Below, piece after piece: positions 62,129-64,000 of a stretch of 64,000 bases of DNA. Each line of letters opens with the position of its first letter. Positions within the stretch are counted from its first letter, which is position 1. The notes under the pieces are model-generated. The model was not told the DNA's origin, did no database searches, and saw only the letters and a program-made list of their open reading frames with translations. The stretch is from Carpediemonas membranifera BICM (lineage: Eukaryota > Protista > Fornicata): contig JAHDYR010000022.1 of the NCBI GenBank assembly GCA_019828565.1, positions 124,001 through 188,000 of the forward strand. The letters run 5' to 3'. The position numbers were made by a program, and so were the translations under genes.

Positions 62129-62817
62129 AAGGACGAGAAAGACGGATAATACATAGAATATGATTGCATAAGGCCCCATTAGACTGTACAATAGGCCATG
62201 TAAGAGTTAAAGATATGATAGAGAGCAGAAGAGAAGGCGGGAGAAAGGAGAAACCGCAGCAGATTGTCACTAATGGTTAATAAGATCGATATATCGAAGA
62301 CTATCGAAGAATTGGCCGGAGAGAGTGAGAAAATGCCGGCGATGGAAATGGCCAAAACCGCGCACAAAGAATGACTATCAGGCTGTGAAAATATGTGCCT
62401 GAGAGATGGGCATCAATGGCATGCTGGGAGGCACAGGAGACCAGAGAAATAATTTCTGAAGAGAAAATTTTTATTATATGATGGCGGGATACATCAATTG
62501 GAGACTTCGACCGTAGTCGACTGTAAGTCGGCGAGACGTCAGCTCCGGCGTGAGATAATGGAGCATGGGCGATGGATCTGCCTGATTCGATTTATTCGAG
62601 CCGAACGAATCGGGATCGAATCAATTACGGCCAGATGGCTGAAGAAACCGAGAACAACACCGGGGACCGCACGCCTGAAGCAGAGAAGATCCCAGATCCG
62701 CAGAAGCGCATCAACGAACTAACAGGCGAGTTATTGACGCTTCGAGATTTAATGTCGCTGGAGTGGCGCCACCCGGACTCACTAGCCAAGCGTAACGAGT
62801 CAGAATGGCTGCAGATG

Positions 62818-64000
62818 TGTCGGTTGAAATCATTTACAGTAAACCGCAGCGGGGTAAAAGTGGTCAAAACTGGACGGAGCAGTTTATAGACCGGTGACAC
62901 TACCTCCCTTTTTGATGAGAAAACCCCCAACCTGCAAGGAACGGGGGAAAAAGATGGTTAGTAGAGTTTCAGGTTCTTCCTCGCCTTACGGGCCAACCTC
63001 TTCATCTCCTCGAGGTGTTTCACTCCCGAGAGTGGTTCTTCCGTTATGTTTTCGAATCCTACCCACTTGATGGCGGCTGTCCCTTCTTTCCAGTCTACCG
63101 ATACTACTCGCTCTACCTCCCATTTTTTTCTGGTCGAAGCTTGCAAGTTGAAGCATCATCGTGTCCGTTACGGCATCCGTGTCGAACATCATGAGTTTTT
63201 CAATGTGGGTTGATCTGGTCGATCCGTCGAGTATCGACTGCAGGACTATTCTGTTATTATCAAGTACATCGTGTACCTTCCATGGGCCCCTGTTGCGCGC
63301 GTCTAGCTTCTGAGGGGCCTCATCTTTCCAGAGGACGTAGTCACCCGGCTTCAGTTCGGTGTTGACTATTGTCTTTTGGCCCGGGCCCACACTCTCTCTG
63401 GCAGTGGTCTCCAGGGCGTTAAGGGCCAGCTCCAGGTCCTTTTTGAACTCTGGGAAATCTCTGATCGGAGAGTTGTTGTCGTTCGTCCACCAGCTTGTAA
63501 ACATGTTGTGCTCATGGCCAAATATCAGCTCGTGCGGGGAGAACTTCGTGGCCGTATGTGTCGTGCCGTTGATAATCATCTGGACCGTCGGTAGGAGTCC
63601 GCACCACTGGTCTTTGTAGGCTATTGCCAGGACAAGCCACCGTAGGTGTCTTCCAATCTCCGCATTCCTTCTCTCCACGAGACCATTGCTCTGTGGATGA
63701 AACGGGATGGTGAAGTGGTGTGCGACTTTCAATGACGTTGTGAGTTGTTCAACTATCGAGTTCGCGTACTCCGGGCCGCCGTCGGACAGAATCTCCGCCG
63801 GTATCCCGTGTCGCGTGAAAACGTGGTCCCATAGGGCCCTGGCGGAGGTCTCGGCGTCGATCGATGCGACTGCGACGAGCTCGGTGTATCTTGTAAACAT
63901 GTCTACAGCCACAATGATGTAGCGAGCGCCCAGCGAATCCGTTGGGAGAGGGCCAATTGTGTCGACTGCCACTGTCTCCCATGGTCTGGTGCGTCTTGTC
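62818..64000 (-). mobile_element. 3' part of a chromodomain-bearing Ty3/gypsy element (integrase, chromodomain, PPT, ~82-bp 3' LTR)
   Basis: IN AVDTIGP, SDGG, VERRN, GPW. After a 1-nt slip in A7 (63123-63129) comes the chromodomain KKWEVERVV..IKWVGFENITEEP. PPT AAAAAGGGAGGTAG, then LTR TGTCACC...CCGACA (62899-62818). Confidence 0.9.

Larger units (their letters stand above)
55621..62530 (+). mobile_element. DIRS-like tyrosine-recombinase retrotransposon (ends approximate), interrupted by a gypsy fragment
   Basis: Order gag, RT/RNase H/degenerate MTase, overlapping YR. The right end is inferred from the 38-bp motif shared with 5341-5378. Confidence 0.88.

Noticed and set aside
62410-62419. 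GCATCAATGG resembling the tRNA 5' end as an att-like inverted repeat
   Set aside because: Only 9/10 nt match and it does not extend; compatible with chance.
63123-63129. Programmed frameshift between integrase and chromodomain (and between YR halves near 61441)
   Set aside because: Both are single-base slips in homopolymers; sequencing error or decay is more parsimonious.
1-64000. CRISPR array or prokaryotic operon
   Set aside because: No regularly spaced repeat-spacer array; gene content and introns are eukaryotic.

Overview
Gene-dense, intron-poor eukaryotic DNA from a flagellated protist. The short GT-AG introns have a branch point fused to the acceptor (..YT[A/C/T]ACACAG), which points to a metamonad/fornicate (Carpediemonas-like); this is an inference. 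About 25 host genes are present, including transaldolase, cyclin, Ras, a 2.5-kaa PH + multi-C2 protein, a homeodomain protein, a 12-TM cyclase, TFIIIC6, UBC7, GcvT, a CDKL kinase, a Schlafen-STAND NTPase, a PrsW protease, eL8, Beclin/Atg6, LDAH and CEP78. They are interleaved with a dense set of mobile elements. (1) A probable RuvC-less Fanzor1 fragment with a CACTA-like end sits inside a 110-bp direct duplication of a divergent promoter. (2) CRE-like LINE remnants surround a TAAGG tract. (3) A two-gene Tc1/IS630-like DD34E element is hit by a one-ended Ty3/gypsy insertion that is flanked by a 355-bp duplication. (4) A DIRS-like tyrosine-recombinase retrotransposon is fused to a tRNA-Gly(GCC) gene; the tRNA-element junction occurs twice, 50 kb apart, and the element's RT is split by a gypsy Gag-PR-RT fragment. 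(5) The 3' end of a chromovirus with an ~82-bp LTR closes the window. All family assignments come from visual motif recognition and no database searches were run.
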